A stretch of DNA of 46,291 nt from Parcubacteria group bacterium GW2011_GWA2_47_26. GTDB taxonomy: Bacteria; Patescibacteriota; Patescibacteriia; GWA2-47-26. Below are positions 43,910 to 46,291 of this stretch, piece by piece. The position numbers were made by a program, and so were the translations under genes. How positions within the stretch are numbered: position 1 is the stretch's first letter; the number at the start of each line of letters is the position of its first letter. The stretch is taken from NCBI GenBank assembly GCA_001001705.1, contig LCOG01000003.1:1-46291 (forward strand), read 5' to 3'. The notes under the pieces are model-generated. The model did no database searches and was not told where the DNA came from. It saw only the letters and a list, made by a program, of their open reading frames with translations.

Positions 43910-44193
43910 CATCTTTTTCCATTGTTACCAATGGGATGGACTATATCTTCTTCCATCGTAGTGCGCAGGCTAAAGCCTGCAGCTACCACGTTTAGGAAGG
44001 TGAGCGTATAATTGTAGTTTGTTTTCCCCATTATGGGGCACCTACAATATAAGTCTCTACGGGGTCCGACTTTGGTCGGACTTCCCACGGTATTGACCAC
44101 AAAGTCTCACCAGACTGTTATGGCGTTCACCGTTATTAGCTCACTTTGCATCTCGACATTACTGCCGAGAGGGGCCTTGCGCACTTTGCGCTA
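43910..44193 (-). ncRNA. Group I intron in 16S (284 nt, no homing endonuclease ORF), near E. coli position 1388
   Basis: Interrupts CUCGGGU|CUUGUACUCACC; 5' exon ends in U, intron ends in G; P7 elements GUAGAGACU and AAGAUAUAGUCC; GGCCC internal guide. Confidence 0.88.
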
Positions 44194-44494
44194 ACCCGAG
44201 AACGTATTCAACGCACCGTGGCTGATGCGCGTTTACTAGCGATTCCGGCTTCATGGGGGCGAGTTGCAGCCCCCAATCCGAACTGGGACCGGTTTTGATG
44301 GGATTGGCTCCATCTTGCGACTTGGCGTCCCATTGTACCGGCCATTGTATCACGTGTGTAGCCCAGGACGTAAGGGCCATGCTGATTTGACGTCATCCCC
44401 GCCTTCCTCTCCGTATACCGGAGCAGTCTCGTCTGACACAGTAACAGACAATAGGGGTTGCGCTCGTTACCCAACTTAATGGAACGCCTCACGG

Positions 44495-44526
<32 letters not shown>

Positions 44527-44646
44527 CTTCACCCTCGAAGGTCACACGTTTCCGTGCGCTTGCAGAAGCATGTCAAGCCCTGGTAAGGTTCCTCGCTTAT
44601 CGTCGAATTAAACCACATGATCCACCGCTTGTGCGGGTCCCCGTCT

Positions 44647-44678
<32 letters not shown>

Positions 44679-45093
44679 TCCCAGGCGGGATGCTTAACGG
44701 TTTCCCTTATGAAAACGCCACTGGAAGGGTCGATACTTCCAATAGCTAGCATCCATCGTTTAGGGCGTGGACTACTAGGGTATCTAATCCTATTCGCTCC
44801 CCACGCTTTCGTCCATGAGTGTCAGAGCCGTTCTAGCAAGCTGCCTTCGCCTTTGGTGTTCCTACCGATATTAATGCATTTTACCGCTACACCGGTAGTT
44901 CCACTTGCCTCTCCCGGCCTCAATCCACCCAGTTTTTTTCGCAGCTTCAAGTTGAGCCTGAAGATTTAACGAAAAACTTAGGTGGACACCTGCGGACGCT
45001 TTAAGCCCAGTAAATCCGGGTAACGCTTGAGGTCTCTGTATTACCGCTCCTGCTGGCACAGAGTTAGGAACCCCTTATTCTCCGCCTACATTC

Positions 45094-45197
45094 AGCCCGC
45101 CTAAGTTTCGCCAAAACTAGATTATTCATTTATCAGCACTCTCTTAGGTTATGTTTTCGCCTTGTATTTCTTTCGCTTAGCGAAATTTAGGCGGGCT
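45094..45197. repeat. Family G palindromic insertion in the 16S V3 region
   Basis: AGCCCGCCTAAGTTTCGC...GCGAAATTTAGGCGGGCT around an AT-rich core. Confidence 0.8.
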
Positions 45198-45781
45198 TAT
45201 TCGGCGGCAAAAGCAGTTTACACCCCGAAGGGCTTCTTCCTGCACGCGGCGTCGCTGGGTCAGGCTTTCGCCCATTGCCCAATATTCCTGACTGCAGCCT
45301 CCCGTAGGAGTGTGGACAGTGTCTCAGTTCCACTGAGGCGGGTCGTGCTCTCACACCCGCTACCCGTCGTAGCCTTGGTAGGCCGTTACCCCACCAACAA
45401 GCTGATAGGCCATAGGCCCCTCTTGAAGCGTCTTTTGGACTTTACATGAGAATGGCTTGCGCCCCCTCATGTCCATCGGGAATTAGTTCGCCTTTCGGCG
45501 AATTATGCCCGTCTTCAAGGCAGGTTGCCAATGTGTTACTCTCCCGTCTGCCACTCGCGCGCCCCTTGCGGGGCACACTCGTTCGACTTGCATGCCTTAG
45601 GCACGCCGCCAGCGTTCACCCTGAGCTAGGATCAAACTCTCAAAGAATTGAGAATCATAATCCCACCAAAACGAATCTTGTTCAAGACCCGCTGGATAGG
45701 ATCTCCGCCTCCTCGGCGGATGCGCCGTTGAGGCGCAAAACTCTCAAAAAGATTTTTTGAAGTAATAGATCGGTTAATCCG

Positions 45782-45820
45782 CTTGCCCGCCCAAATTTTC
45801 TTACGAAAACTTGAGAGGGC
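45782..45820. repeat. Family G palindrome in the 16S leader
   Basis: CTTGCCCGCCCAAATTTTC-TTAC-GAAAACTTGAGAGGGC. Confidence 0.7.
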
Positions 45821-46033
45821 TAGATGTACCTGCAGAGAGAAAAAGAATTTCTACTCTCTGCTCGTTAAATTGTCAACGAGCTTCTGGGGCCTAGTGCCCC
45901 TTCTTTTCTTCAAAACTGGAGTGAAGAAAAGACAGAGAAACCCGTAAAGGCACCTCTGTCTTTTCTTCCTATTAGATTTTCAATATTTTAAAGCGAAACT
46001 TTAGATCATACGCTTTAAGTTTTGAACATCACT

Positions 46034-46062
46034 ACTATACAACACCCCAAAAAACATGTCAA
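46034..46062 (-). promoter_or_regulatory. Sigma70 promoter of the 16S rRNA gene
   Basis: Minus strand TTGACA-17 bp-TATAGT. Confidence 0.7.
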
Positions 46063-46103
46063 GCCGCTGTATTCCGCAGGGTGAAAATTTGAAATTAGAC
46101 AAG

Positions 46104-46291
46104 TTAGATGGCTACCCTCCCCATCCCCACCTCCAACTTCACAATCTGGGAAGCACGAGGCGGGGTAAGGTCCAGGATAGTAGAACGGTAATGGAGGTAA
46201 CCTTGTTTTTCCAGGGTAATGTAGTATTTGCTCCGGCCCACCAAGAAAGCATACTTGCCAGAGTCATCCGTGATTTGGGTTTCCAGGAGTT
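46104..46291 (-). CDS. 3' end of a gene with a carboxypeptidase-regulatory-like (beta-sandwich) domain; partial at window edge
   Basis: ...LLETQITDDSGKYAFLVGRSKYYITLEKQGY...RVAI*. Confidence 0.65.
   Translation of the reverse strand, partial: LLETQITDDSGKYAFLVGRSKYYITLEKQGYLHYRSTILDLTPPRASQIVKLEVGMGRVAI

Overview
About 46 kb of a bacterial chromosome that looks like Patescibacteria/CPR (Parcubacteria-like). This is inferred from an unlinked 16S rRNA gene with insertions, an alpha2-type GlyRS, a short hinge-less SMC, stand-alone PaaX/Cas2-fold genes and a giant Cys-rich surface protein. The backbone is housekeeping (miaA, thrS, glyQS, frr, holB, pgk, ndh, gap, tsf, rpsB, glyA, folD, dnaB, recR, rplU, smc, tRNAs, 16S). 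Overlaid on it is a dense population of at least 8 families of small palindromic elements. They sit in-frame inside essential genes, inside the 16S rRNA and its group I intron, abut or supply start and stop codons, and enclose intact tRNA genes. In one clear case an intact tRNA(CAT) lies between inverted repeats inside the anticodon loop of a second copy of the same tRNA. Two wHTH-Cas2-fold (PaaX-like) genes are each bracketed by their own palindrome pair, resembling a mobile or self-regulating module. A 3114-aa surface protein has a paralogous C-terminal relic downstream, fused to a broken HEPN gene. No transposase, integrase, reverse transcriptase or CRISPR array is visible. All calls come from reading the sequence only; repeat family letters are my own labels.
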